In this document: in pieces, positions 50,377-63,300 of the stretch
Layout: every line of letters starts with the position of its first letter
Position numbering within the stretch: the first letter of the stretch is position 1
Assembly (NCBI RefSeq): GCF_037042905.1
Contig: NC_087251.1
Location: 1,054,001-1,118,000 of the forward strand
Length of the DNA: 64,000 nucleotides
Source: Lytechinus pictus
Lineage: Eukaryota
Reading direction: 5' to 3'
Notes under the pieces: generated by a model
Databases searched by the model: none
The model's input: the letters and a program-made list of their open reading frames with translations, nothing else
What the model was told of the DNA's origin: nothing
Program-made: the position numbers and the translations under genes

Positions 50377-53300
50377 ATGGGTCACAAAGGGAAAAGATAC
50401 TCTTCTACGTCTTCCGAGATGACCAGTAGTGACTCTTCAAGAGAGAACTCGCTCTCTAGAGATCAAAAGAGAGACAGACAAGCAGAGAAGAGAAAATCAA
50501 GAGAAAGGAGAAAACTCAAGGAAAAGAGAAGAAAGCGACATAGATCAAGCAGTTCTAGTGGGTCCTCATCCTCTTCGTCATCATCATCATCACATGAAAG
50601 AGATGATTCAGCTAAACGACGGCGAAAGAAAAAGACCAAGAAAAGGAAGTACTCATCATCAGATAGCAGCAGTAGTAGCTCATCAGATTTAGGTAGCAGT
50701 GATTCGGACAGTTCATCAAGTGATTCAAGCCTTGGTAAATATTTAGAACTTTTGTTTGGATGTGCATCGGTCTATTGGATAATGCAAAATCATCCCCCCA
50801 CCCCTGAAGTATCCATATCTTTGCATTGACACATTTTCTAGTGCAATGGTATTTTTGTATAAAATGCACATTTAAAATATAATGAAAAGGGTCTTATATG
50901 TTTTCTGAAAAATATAGCCAAAATAACCTCATCGTAATGTAACAACACTGAATCGCTGATTTCATAACAATCAATTTTGTACATGCTTGCCAATGACAGT
51001 AACACTTGATTGAAAAATTAATTTACCTTTGTTTACCTTTTCCAATTCACATTTTGATCTAGTGACACAGATTTCTATATTCTTTAAGTCTTAAGAGATT
51101 TACTTTGATACTAGGCAAACTCACTTTATTTATATTCTTAGTAACAACTATGCGTTCACTGAAAACATATGATTATATTTGTAGAGAGTTCAAGACAATG
51201 ATGTCTGTCTTTTTATTTATTTCTTTTAGAACGACGAAGGAAGAGAAAGAAGCAGAAAGAGAGCAGAAAAGATAAGGTCAGTGTTGCTTGTACCTTGGTA
51301 ATTTGTTCACAAATCTCTTAGTGGTAAATTACATAATACACACAATTGGTGACTTTTTCCAGAAATATAAATCCAGTCTATTTACCTAGAAATTCTTGTT
51401 GATGACAAGCATCTGAGTGCAATGTACAAAATTTGATAGGGTTTGAGGAATTTTACTCCCACCATGTTAAATTGGGGGGGGGGGGGGGGGGGGGGGGTCT
51501 GTCTCATTTAGGCCTGCACTTAGCAAAAGAATGTGTCATCAGTCTTGAATGAAGTCTATGTAACTGACAGACGGCTTTATTAATCACCAGGTGGTTTAAT
51601 AGACTAAATGTATTATTGATTGACAAGCTACTGGGTAGATCCTTACATTTTAAAGATTGAAGCAAAGTTAATGTAGTATTATTGATTGACAAGCTATTGG
51701 GTAGATTTCTTACATTTTAAAGATTGAAGCAATGTTAATGTAGTATTATTGATTGACAAGCTACTGGGTAGATTTCTTACATTTTAAAGATTGAAGCAAT
51801 GTTAATGTAGTATTATTGATGACAAGCTACTGGGTAGATGTCTTACATTTTAAAGATTGAAGCAATGTTAATGTATGCCTTCATGAACAGTATGTTACCT
51901 TTCAGATGCTTGTCAAACACCCAGGGTTGAAAGAGATGTATAAGAAATGTTTTCATTCAATTTATATTGCACATATTTTCTTTCACAGAAACATAAACAG
52001 AAGAACAAGAAAAGGAAAAGGAAATCTTCCAGTGGAAGTGGTCCTGTTAGATTATCCCATGTGAGTACACTTCTTTGCTCTTCCGTAAAGTCTGCTTGAG
52101 TTGAAAAAACACCTTGATTAAAACAATTTTACAAACCAGATTTAATGCCAAAGTGGTATTTACCTTGTCTCAGTGAAATTTCTCTTCAAATCAAACAGAT
52201 TTTTGTATTATCAACAGTCAACTGATGTGATGATATGATTATTAGTAGTAGTAGTAGAATCATTATTGGGCCATAAATACATATGGGGAGTAATAGTGAA
52301 AGCAACTGGGTTGATCTTACTTCAATTTGATTTTAATTCAATTTCCTTTGTCATGGAAATGCGGAGTGGTCACACATATTAAAAATACATACGGTAATAT
52401 GACATAATTAAACATACTTCATTACTAAAAATACACTTTTTACAAGGGCTTTAGTTAGTTATTTACACTTAGAATTGATAGCATTAATAATATATAAATG
52501 AAGAAGGCAATTTATAAATTGAAATTATTAATACAATCCAATGTTGATTAATAATCCAATTATTGCATTGATAAATCTTACCAGAAAGAAAGAAAGTGTA
52601 AAAAGACTTCCAATGATATTGAATTGCAATTGCAGGCTTTATGCATATATTCTCATTTCAATTCTTGATGTCCTATTGTGGTTGCTACCTTTGTCCATTG
52701 TAATACATGTGTTATTCATTGTAAGATTAAAATGATCTAACAATTTTTTTCTTATGCACTTTTGTTTTTGTTTTCCCCTTTCATCCTTTTCCTCCCTTCA
52801 TTTCCATTTTTTTTTTACTCCACTACCTTTATTTCTTTACTATCACTAACCCACAATATACTTAATAGCTTTCCCTTCCCCTGTACTCTCTTATTCTATT
52901 GCTTCCTCTCTCTATCTCTATGTTGGAGTGATATACATTGGTCTCTTCATGTTATATCTGCCTACGTGTGAACTGACTGACTGACCATGGTGACGGTAAT
53001 GACTGCAGTACATGAATGATGAGAAAGATGTTGCTAGAAGCGTAGTGTCAGGTCAGAAGATTAAAATGAAAGTCAGAAAGACAAGCCAGGATAAAGCAGT
53101 AAGTAAAATAATGGAGTGTTTCATAGTGACGTTCATATAGTCAAGCACTAATTTATGAATGACTGGATTATGGCAAGCCGCACATTTGTCTCAATATTTT
53201 ATAATTGTATTTTAATAGCTGAAGTTGGAATATGCAGATGTTGACAAACATTTTTACTGTCATAACACATCTTCAGGCCATATTAAATACTTTGAAATAT

Positions 53301-53779
53301 TCATGGTTTAGGTGAACAATGAAATTGCCTCAAGCTGTCAAATGTATTCTCTTTTCAATAATTATTTGAATATGTTTTAGATGAATCAGTGTGAATTTCT
53401 CATTGAAATTTTCTGTTGAGTGAACTCTTTATCGCCTAAGTAAAATTGCCTTAACTACATATTCTTACCTCAGTACTTATAAATGTTGCTGTTTTTTAAT
53501 GTTTGAAATCTATGAGGAGTCTATAAAGTGTTTGTACTTTGTATACACGACCAATTTTTGTTAATGTACCTTGAATTGAAAGTTGGAGTTATGCATCAGT
53601 GTGTTCATTTGACAGGCTATCAAAGTCATATATGAAGACTACAATTTTTTGTTTTTTATTCAATATATGCAGTCATTTCTTTATTCGGAGATGCTTTCAT
53701 ATCTTTTATGTTTGTTTTTTTACAGCGTGAAAAGAACAGGGAACAATTGCTCCAGTTTCTGAATTCAACAAGGAATTGA
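50377..53779 (+). CDS. Uncharacterised Ser/Lys/Arg-rich (likely nuclear) protein, spliced, 206 aa
   Basis: Exons 50377-50734, 51230-51276, 51989-52060, 53009-53098, 53726-53779 (621 nt, GT-AG, in phase). Low-complexity N-terminus; C-terminus GPVRLSHYMNDEKDVARSVVSGQKIKMKVRKTSQDKAREKNREQLLQFLNSTRN. Confidence 0.85.
51608..51875 (+). repeat. ~67-bp minisatellite x4
   Basis: Unit aatgtagtattattgattgacaagctactgggtagatttcttacattttaaagattgaagcaatgtt. Confidence 0.95.
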
Positions 53780-53811
53780 GACAAGGCTGATGACAGTAGA
53801 GATGGATTATT

Positions 53812-53952
53812 GTGTAGTAGGTTTCACGGTACACCATGTATCTTTCTTGGACAAGTGTTGGTGCTGAAAAGGACCACCCAATCTTGATGTTTCTACAAGT
53901 GTGTTCTTGTCATCCTCAGGAGGTACATGGTGTACAGTGAAACCTACTACAC
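53812..53952. repeat. Inverted repeat (32-bp arms) in the 3' UTR
   Basis: gtgtagtaggtttcacggtacaccatgtatct versus aggtacatggtgtacagtgaaacctactacac: 30/32 complementary. Confidence 0.9.
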
Positions 53953-56900
53953 TATTCTTCTTCGCCATGGAAACCTTCAGAAGATGGATTATTGAATAGC
54001 TTTATACATCATGAGAGTGAACATCCCAAATCAAATGTGAAGAAGACGTATAGAGAGTTTTGACATTTGTTATCTTAGAATTTATAGATAAGATCAGAAA
54101 AAAACTTTCCTTTATTCTGATTGGCTAAGAAGCACTGGATGTCAATTCTTTCATGAAACACTTCCCTGATGAAAAAAGTTTCCACTTGAGACAGGTCACC
54201 TTTCTGAAATGCACATTGCTTTCAATTGGGAGACAATTTTGGTGGCCACTGGAGACAGGTTTGAGTGTGTATAGGATGCCCGAAAATCTGATCAACTTTA
54301 TAGAAGAGGTATTCAAATATCCCACATTGTGTAAAAACTAGACTGAAAAACTGCTCTGACTTGGATGATTATGTGGAAAGTATACAGACTTAACTTAGTA
54401 ATGTGCCTTCTTGATTGAATTGTATCCTGGCCATGATTCACATCCACTATATGTGATTTTAGGGAACAGATTATTTCTTTCAATACCTCAGATAAGGAAA
54501 CATAAATTTACCATTTTGTCATATACTTGCTGTCCAAAATATGAAACACAAGTAACCAACACATTTTAGCACATACAGCAAAATCAAAATATTTTTCTGA
54601 CTTATAAAAATTGTAAACCTAAACTTGTTTACTAAATGATGTGCATACATGATAATGTTGATTTAGAGCTCATAGATGAAGTCAATGGCCCTTCAAATGT
54701 AACATAGGTATGGATTATGGAATTTCCTTTTTATAGTCAGTGTATGATAGGAGTTATTCTATTCAATTGAAATATTAAAAGACAGGAACAACTTTACGTA
54801 TAGATTGTATTCTAATGTATGCAAATTCTATAATTAATTGAAAAAGAAATACTTTTCTATTAGAAAAATACCTGTATCAAATTGTACTGAATTTCCTTTT
54901 AATGTTAAAGTTGACCCTCATTTCTTTATTATTCCAATGCATTAAATGGCAAGTGACAATTCTAAAACCTTGCTCATTAGTTTTAATGATATGAGAATAA
55001 TTTCATAGTTCCAGATACAGTTGTATCTCATTTAAAAAGTAAGGAATTCAAGCAGTTGATCTATCACCCTGAAATAATTTGATTCAAGTTTGTTATGCTT
55101 GAAAAATTGATGTATTAGATTTCTGGGAAGAGCTTTGATGATTCCCAACATTCTGTCAATCTCATTTTCTACAGCTGAAGACCTCATCTGAAGCAGAAAG
55201 AGAAATTAGAAAACTACCAATAAAAAACATCACAACAATGCAAGTTTTATGCATTTTCACCTTTTGTTAGCAGAGTATTTTGCTTTTGAAATTAGAAGGC
55301 ATTGGAGTCCTTTGATGTCATACTGTGTGAGCATGGTTGAGATTACATGTGTTTGTACAGTGTACGAGAAAAAAAAAAGATACATTTTAGTAATTGGATT
55401 TTGCTCACTATTATTACTTGGAAATATCCTGGAAGGTATCCCCTGCTTTGGAAAAAAAAAATGAAACCTTCAGCTCCAGATTATTTTTTTGTGTGATTTT
55501 TTATTTCCCACTTTAATATATTGCACAACTTTCCTTCTGTAAATGCATTCAAATTATGTGTTCAAAACGTTTGCCTGGCATTTTGATTTGTCAAATTCAT
55601 TTTTCGCTTCAGATGGGATCTTTAATGATAAATTCCTTTAAAAGTGTAGGCTAAGCATCATTGTTTTAAAGTGTAAGACAAGAATATGATAATGAATTGG
55701 AAATAAAATTGGTAAAGTTTGATCAATTTACTTCTGTTTCTGATTTTTTTAAAGAAAATATATAATAGAACAGTACCAAAATGTGTGTTTTGAGAGTACA
55801 TGTATATCACTTTATTTTAATAGAGCATTTCATTTGAGTATATGTGTTTAATCATTTCAAAAAATAAATCGACTCCTACAAAGGGCTAGAAGTTTGATAA
55901 AAAAACAAAATTATTTCATAGTAACCTCCAATAATTTTTAGTGAAATTAAAAATCTGAAAATGGTTTTTGCTAGAGAGAAAAAAAGGCTGAAATCCAATT
56001 CCTTCTACTCATGATATTAGTGTTCATTCAACCCTATGCTCAATATACATTACTTTCATGTTGAATGTTTGTTAGAACATTGTTGAGTAAACCCCTATCA
56101 TGCATATACTGCTTAAATTGCGATAAAAAAAAAAGAAAATATTTTCAAAAGGTTGTTCATATATGGACATCAAATTTTATGCAAAAAAAAAAGGAAAAAG
56201 CATCACAGAGAATCAAATATACATATTTTGACTACAAAATAAATCTACTTTGCAATTAAAAATAGTCACGATAAATTTATAATTAATGATGATAATGTTG
56301 AATATTTTACAAAAACTCATCAAAAAAAAAATTGTACAAATCAAATAATTTCTCACACTTCAAGGTTAATGGGCTTTTTAGTAACAAAGCCATACCTGGG
56401 AACATTAAGAAATGTCCGGGAGTAAAAAAAAGGGGGGGGGGACTGAGCCCTAGGCGGCTCAAGAGGCAGATCTCCACGAAGGGGTCAAGAAGGGAGTTTC
56501 CCCTAAAATTCTAAAAAGGCTAATTTCTGAACTTCTGAGTTTACAGATTGGGTTTATACTCAATAAATATTTTGAACTATTTTCTTCATCTCCTCTTGTG
56601 CCTTTATTACATGACTGGTTGAAAGTAAATGTGCAGCAATCAAACAACATAACATTATCTCTGTAAGACACACCTATTTAATGAGAATCCATTCCTCAGG
56701 TGTGGCAAAGGAGCGAGATTGCATCAGTTTATTAAATTCATATGCGTTTGCACTACATGCTAGCGCCTTTACAGAGATTTCTTTAAAAATAATGACAATA
56801 CTCATTTTTAAAAATGTGAATATCACATCATTACAAGCAACATTTCGAAGACAATATTAGTCGAGAAAAGTATCATGAAATGATTCCTCTTTCTACACGA

Positions 56901-57397
56901 ATGTAACGGTATTACTCTAAATAATATTATTTTTCTTCATTTTCATTTCAACATCTGGGGCTAATTAGCATAGAAATATTGATGAAATGGATGTCGCAGA
57001 GATAATATAGCCCCCACCATATTTTAAGGTGATTTTATTGTTTCTTCAAAGTAACATGGGTGCAAGCACATAACCTGCGTAGCTTTGATTAGATACACAA
57101 TGCATGTCTATGCAGGCACTGTTCTGCTGCGTATCATCCTTAAATACGCAAGATCAAAATTTATCTAAGTTAAAAAATCTCAGAGATAAAATGTGATCTC
57201 AGAATACCAATTTAATTCTAAAAGTAAAATAAGATATTTCTAGAGATGAAATCACCTCAGAATACCACCCTAGTTCTTTATATCCTATGATCTAAAACAC
57301 CTGATATATCAAAAACCAGGCAAAAAACAAATTTCTCATGGCCCTTCTTGAATGGGATTCCCTGTATTACATGAAGTTCACATTCAGAGAAGTTATT

Positions 57398-60300
57398 TCA
57401 GGTTGGTTTGTCAGAATCTTCAACTTTGAAATTGTTATTAATTGGATGGCTTTGGACCTTGAGGGCTCGTAAACTGTGTCTGGGTGTTGGCTTTATTGGG
57501 GACGGTGTCTCATTGGCTAGTCTGTGCTGTAGAGGTGTTAAGGAGGCAGCCATCTTGCTTTCATCCGTCAGAGGTTGTGAGATGACCTTATAGATTCGGT
57601 TACTCTTCATTGATGACCTCAGCTGTCTTGCTTCAATCAATCGAGATGCCTTATCCTCCAACAATGGCAGATCCTGAGAAAAACAGAAAATTGAAAATAT
57701 TTTATGATGGAAAATTATTACTAAATAAAATGACCATGGTAATGATTCTCAATAACCAATTAATATCAAGGATTCCATGTAAAATTATATTTTATTTCAT
57801 AATTCTCGGAACGAGAATACATGAGAGCCCGCCCGCTACGCTTACGTCCAATACGTTCGTCACGCTATGAACTTTGTTTTTTCCGCGTATTTTCACAAAA
57901 ATCTTCGCCATCCGGCAGATCAACGTATCAAAATTAGTTCATTAGTAAAGATCAGTTGCTTGTGAACGAGATTGTATCCTTTCTGGACAAATTTCACTTC
58001 GTATTTTTCGAAATGGAGTCTTTTACCACGACTCGACTCACTCCAGGTGTCAGCGTAGTTACAGCGGGCAACAGGCTACCGGCAGCTCCGGGGAGAAGTC
58101 CCCGACACCTCCGCCGAGTAAGTCCACTCACGACAAGGTGATTACAAGTCGCAAGGCAAAGCCGAGCGATCATGATACAAGTAAGTTGCCACAAAAAACA
58201 CCTTCTAAAGAGAAATCTAGTACTATGACCAAGGCTAAGCCGATCGGTGAGAGTAGATCTAAAAGTAAAACTAGTTTGAGTAAGGCAAAGCCGAGCTCAA
58301 AAGGGGGGGGGGGGAAACCCCAGCACTTCTAGCGTAGATTCTAGAATGGACAGGCTTGAAAGCATGTTATCAGTCCTGATGGAGAAGCTCCCTCCAGCGG
58401 GCCCTGTACAAGCTCATGCTTCTGACCAGGCTGTTTATAATGCTAACGTTAGTTTGGAACCCCCGCTAGTTGGGTTTGCCCACGGCTTGCCTGGTGAGGG
58501 CGATGGGAGTGGTTCTCTTACCCCAAATAGTGACATTCTTTTTGACGCAGATGAAGAGGACCTTTGTCATAGACATAGGTCTCCAAACATTAACTTGGCC
58601 AGCTCAGGCAGGGCTCCCTCAACAACTGCCTCTATGGTTGACAAAGGAGAAATTAATCCTGTCCCTTCAACAATCCCCGTAATAGCAGCAAAATTTGCTG
58701 CGCCTAGTGCCATAGGCACACCTTAGAATAAAGACATCGCTCGATCAATATCTTATATGATGAGTAACAAGCTGGAAGAAAAATCCATTGAGAAAGCGGC
58801 TGAAAAATATCTCTCACCCGCAAACTGTGAAATTCTTGACACCCCAAAAGTGAACACCATCATCTGGGAGAATTTGCGCTCCGCTACTAGAAATAAAGAC
58901 CTTAGACTTCAGCACATTCAACGGTCCCTGACTAAGGGCTTATGTGCCTTTGCGCATACTCTTGATCCAGTTTCAATGACAGAGGAACAGCACGATGCTT
59001 TAGCCTTACTGTGTAATGCTAATTATGGCATGAACTTGGTTCAAAAGAATATGATCAAACCAGACCTTAACCCCTTGTATCATCCTCTCTGTCGTCCTAC
59101 TCAACCTGTCACAAAGCACTTATTCGGTGAAGACCTTGGACGCCAGGTCAAAGACCTCCAAGACCAACGAAAGGCTACGGCTGGGGTTGTGAAAGGCCAT
59201 TCCAGACAAGATAAGGCACATTCTTACCACCCTTATCGCAGGGAAACTGAGTATGCGAAAAGCATGATGAAACAAGCAGGGTGGTACACTAGCAGAGATC
59301 AGAGCAATTCACACCCCGCATCAGGGAACTCAGATCGGCCTTTTTTAGGCCAACATCAGAACTACAAGAAAGGGAAATTCAAGCAAGCTCAGCAAGCTTC
59401 CCACACTTACACACCAACAGCACACAAGGACAGAGCACAACACAAGAAATAGTTGTGGAAGTCCCCACATCAGAGCCAAGCACTCAAGAGGTAAGTGCTT
59501 GTAAGGGGAATCCCCCTGAATTATGTGCTGTTGGAGGTCGACTGAAGCTTTTTGTCAATAATTGGCGTCAAATTACCTCAGACCCTTTCCTGCTCCAAGC
59601 CATTCAGGGCTATAAATTGGAGTTTGACCCAGACAAGTTTCCCCCGAGACAGGAAAAACCCATACATATCTACAAGAGGGATAACATGCAGATGGCAATA
59701 ATTAATGAAGAATTAGCAAACTTAGAAGAAAAAATGTAATTGAACGCTGCTCCCATGTAACTGGGGAATTCATTTCAAATGTCTTTACAAGGCCTAAGAA
59801 AAATGGAGGAGTACGCTTGATTTTGGATTTATCTGGGCTAAATGAATATGTAGCCTATCACCATTTTAAGATGGACAACCTCACCACTGCAATCTCTCTC
59901 ATTTCTCGGGGAGACTTCTTAGCTTCAGTCGACCTCCGTGATGCTTACTATACAGTTCCCATCCATACAGACTCTAGAAAGTATCTTAGATTTATTTGGC
60001 AAGGTCAACTTTGGCAGTACAAAGGTTTACCAAATGGACTTAACTCTGCCCCCCGACTTTTTACCAAGCTCCTTAAACCAGTGTTTGCCTCTCTTAGACA
60101 GTCCAAGCACAAAGTTGTCGGGTATTTGGATGACACCCTAATTATTGGGAAGAATGAAGAAGCAACAAACAAGTCTGTGTTGGCCACAACGACACTATTA
60201 AGTTCTCTTGGATTTATAATTCACCCCTCAAAGTCTGTTCTCGAGCCCACTCCAGTAGTGGAGTTTTTGGGGTTTCAACTCAGTACGATTACAATGACAG

Positions 60301-63300
60301 TCACATTGCCTGACAACAAAGGTAAAGACTTAGAGGAGGCATGCATTAGGTTGTATGAGAAAAAGAGTCCAACTATACGAGAAGTTGCTAAGTTAATTGG
60401 GAAAATAGTAGCTGCATTCCCAGCTTCACAATATGGCCCCCTCTATTACAGGGCACTCGAGAAAGATAAAATAGCAGCCTTAAGATGTAATAAAGGGCAT
60501 TTTGATAGAGTCATGTCACTCTCGACAGAAGCTAAGAAGGATCTGGAATGGTGGGCCACAAATGCTACATCAACATTATGCAAAATGCATCATGGGAAAT
60601 TTACAATGGAACTACGTACAGATGCTAGTGGAGAAGGATGGGGTGCTACAGACCTCACCTCCCAAACAGGGGGTAGATGGAATGCCCATGAATTGGTTAG
60701 GGCTAAAAAGAATGAAATCATCTTTCTAGAGACATTAGCAGCAGGGTTTGGTCTGAAAGCTTATTGCTCCCATTTGAGAAATGCACATGTTTTGATCAGG
60801 CTAGACAACATGACTGCAGCTTCTTACCTCAACAAGAAGGGGGGTATTTAATCAAATTCATGCAATGAAATGGCCAAACAAATATGGAATTGGTGTAGAG
60901 ACCGAAACATTTGGATTACAGCTGCCTACTTGCCGGGTACTCAAAATGTTGAAGCTGACCGTATGTCCCGCACATTCAATGACAACATTGAATGGGCTCT
61001 TCATGAGATGGCTTTTAAGGAAATACTTAATAAATATGGCCCACCAGAGGTAGATTTATTTGCAACGAGACTCAATGCTCAATTACCTAAATATGTCTCG
61101 TGGAAACCTGACCCAAATGCATGGGCAGTTGACGCATTTACATTGGACTGGGGGAAACTTGATTTCTATGCTTTCCCTCCCTTCAACCTTATTGCTAAAT
61201 GTCTACAGAAGATTAAAGTAGATGGTGCACAAGGGTTACTAGTAGTACCAAATTGGCCTACACAGGCTTGGTTCCCTTCCCTGGAAGAAATGATGCTAGA
61301 AGAGCCTTTGTTTTTACCATGGAGTAATGTGCTGCTCACTCAGCCAGTGTCTGGCAGATCCCACCCTCTTATTAATCTTGATCTCCTTTGTTGCAGGGTT
61401 GGAGGGCACACTGTGACCTACAAGGATTAACTAAGCAAACTACATACATCATTGGTGCATCTTGGAGAGAATCAACAAAGAAGCAGTACAACATTTACAT
61501 AAACAAGTGGAAAAAATTATGCCAAGAACATAATCTTCCATGGATGCACGCCAGAGCTAGGGATATCTTAGAATTTTTCAGTGACTTATTCTATCGACAA
61601 AATGCAGGGTATAGTGCTATCAACACAGCGAGAAGTGCTCTGGCATCAGTCATGGTTTTAGCAGATAGCAGTTATACTGTGGGATCACATCCTCTCATAA
61701 GCAAGTACATGAAGGGTGTTTTTCAGCTAAGAACTCCAATGCCACGCTATGCAAACGTTTGGGATATTAGTGTGGTACTAAATTATCTCCGACAGCAGGC
61801 ACCGAATGACAAACTCTCATTATGTGACTTAACTAAAAAACTGAGTATTTTGCTTGCAATTACCTCGGCGCAAAGGGTGCAGACACTAAGCCACCTGAAC
61901 ATGGACAAGATGTGCTTAAAGGCAGATTCTGTGGTTTTCCATGTTGACAATCTTCTGAAGCAGAGCAAACCTGGTAAAATTGGATTAGTTGTGAACATAG
62001 CAGCTTTTCCACAGGATGAAAAGGTTTGCCCTGTTCACTGCACTGAGCAGTATATAAACGCTACAAAAAATATAAGGAACTCTAAAAGACAACTCTTTAT
62101 CTCATATCAGAGACCACACAAGAAGGCAACCTCACAAACGATTTCGAGGTGGATTAAGATGGTAATGACGTCAGCTGGTGTGAATACGGACCAGTACAAA
62201 GCCCATTCTACGAGGGCAGCATCCACTTCTCTCGCCAGGAGAATGCATTTTTCCATGGACGACATTCTCAAACATGTAGGTTGGGCAAATGAAAAAACTT
62301 TTCAGGCTTTTTATAACAAACCAGTGGAGGATTAAAATGGTTCCTACACGCAAGCAGTGTTACACCAAGGGAAATAAGTTCTGCAATTTGCAGGTTAGTT
62401 AATTTCCTGGAAGCATGACGCATGTGACTACTGGGCTTTGAAATCTCGTGTATTCTCGTTCCGAGAATTATGAAATAAAATAGGAGGATTAAACGAGAAC
62501 TTACCGTTTGAAGTTTGATCCTTATTTTATGAGTAATTGGAGGTTAGAGAATACGTGCCCTCCTCTCCCTCCCTTACTCAGGATCTTTTAGGTCTGTTCT
62601 CGTAAGCCTCATTTTATTTTCGTTCTCACCAGTAGTCACAGTCGCTTTGAAGATTGAACGTAAGGGGCGGGCTATCATGTATTCTCTAACCTCCAATTAC
62701 TCATAAAATAAGGATCAAACTTCAACCGGTAAATTCTCGTTTAATCCTCCTATTTTATGGTATGAGCCCTATTCCTTGTGATTTCTCAAATTGTTTTTCT
62801 ATTAATATCAATCACAAGATAAGTGACGTTCAGGGCCTCATGACAACAAATTAGAGCTCCAACATAAGAATGATTTTTAAGACGAATTACAATGATCATA
62901 TGGAATCAAGCATACAAGTCAACAGCATTATCAATAGCTTAAAGTTGCGTTACAAGCCTCTCGTCACCAGATTAATTGAAGTATGGAAGAACCTATTGCA
63001 AAGTGGTTTGGAAGTGTAGATAATAATGGCATTGATTACTGTTCGCTAGAAGATTTAGTCGATCAAAGGGAAAGTTGTTCACATGTGACATCACACATCC
63101 TTGTCGCATTGCCAATGGAGGGTCTCTATAGCATTATTGATTGCAATATTCAAATGCTCATAACTTTCTCATTAATTATTTGTCCGATTTTTCTCAAACT
63201 TTCTTTGTTCTTATTCTTTGATTTTTCTGTTTTGACACAAGCCAACTTGTTCCAAAGGTTTCATTTTCCTTTAAGTCATTAAGGGTATTAAAATGAAATT

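Larger units (their letters stand above)
57788..62758 (+). mobile_element. DIRS1-type tyrosine-recombinase retrotransposon, full length, mutated
   Basis: Gene order gag / RT-RH-MT / YR. ITRs ~57813-57852 and 62653-62686. ICR 62444-62557 is complementary to both termini. TATTTTAT at both ends. Confidence 0.96.

Noticed and set aside
50377..53779. Assignment to ARL6IP4 or FAM133
   Set aside because: Only compositional similarity; diagnostic motifs not recognised.
61388..62335. Prophage integrase or bacterial contamination
   Set aside because: YR sits within a DIRS retrotransposon with RT, ITRs and ICR, inside a spliced gene's intron.
62915..62992. Additional minus-strand exon
   Set aside because: Splice-like ends but stops in all three frames.
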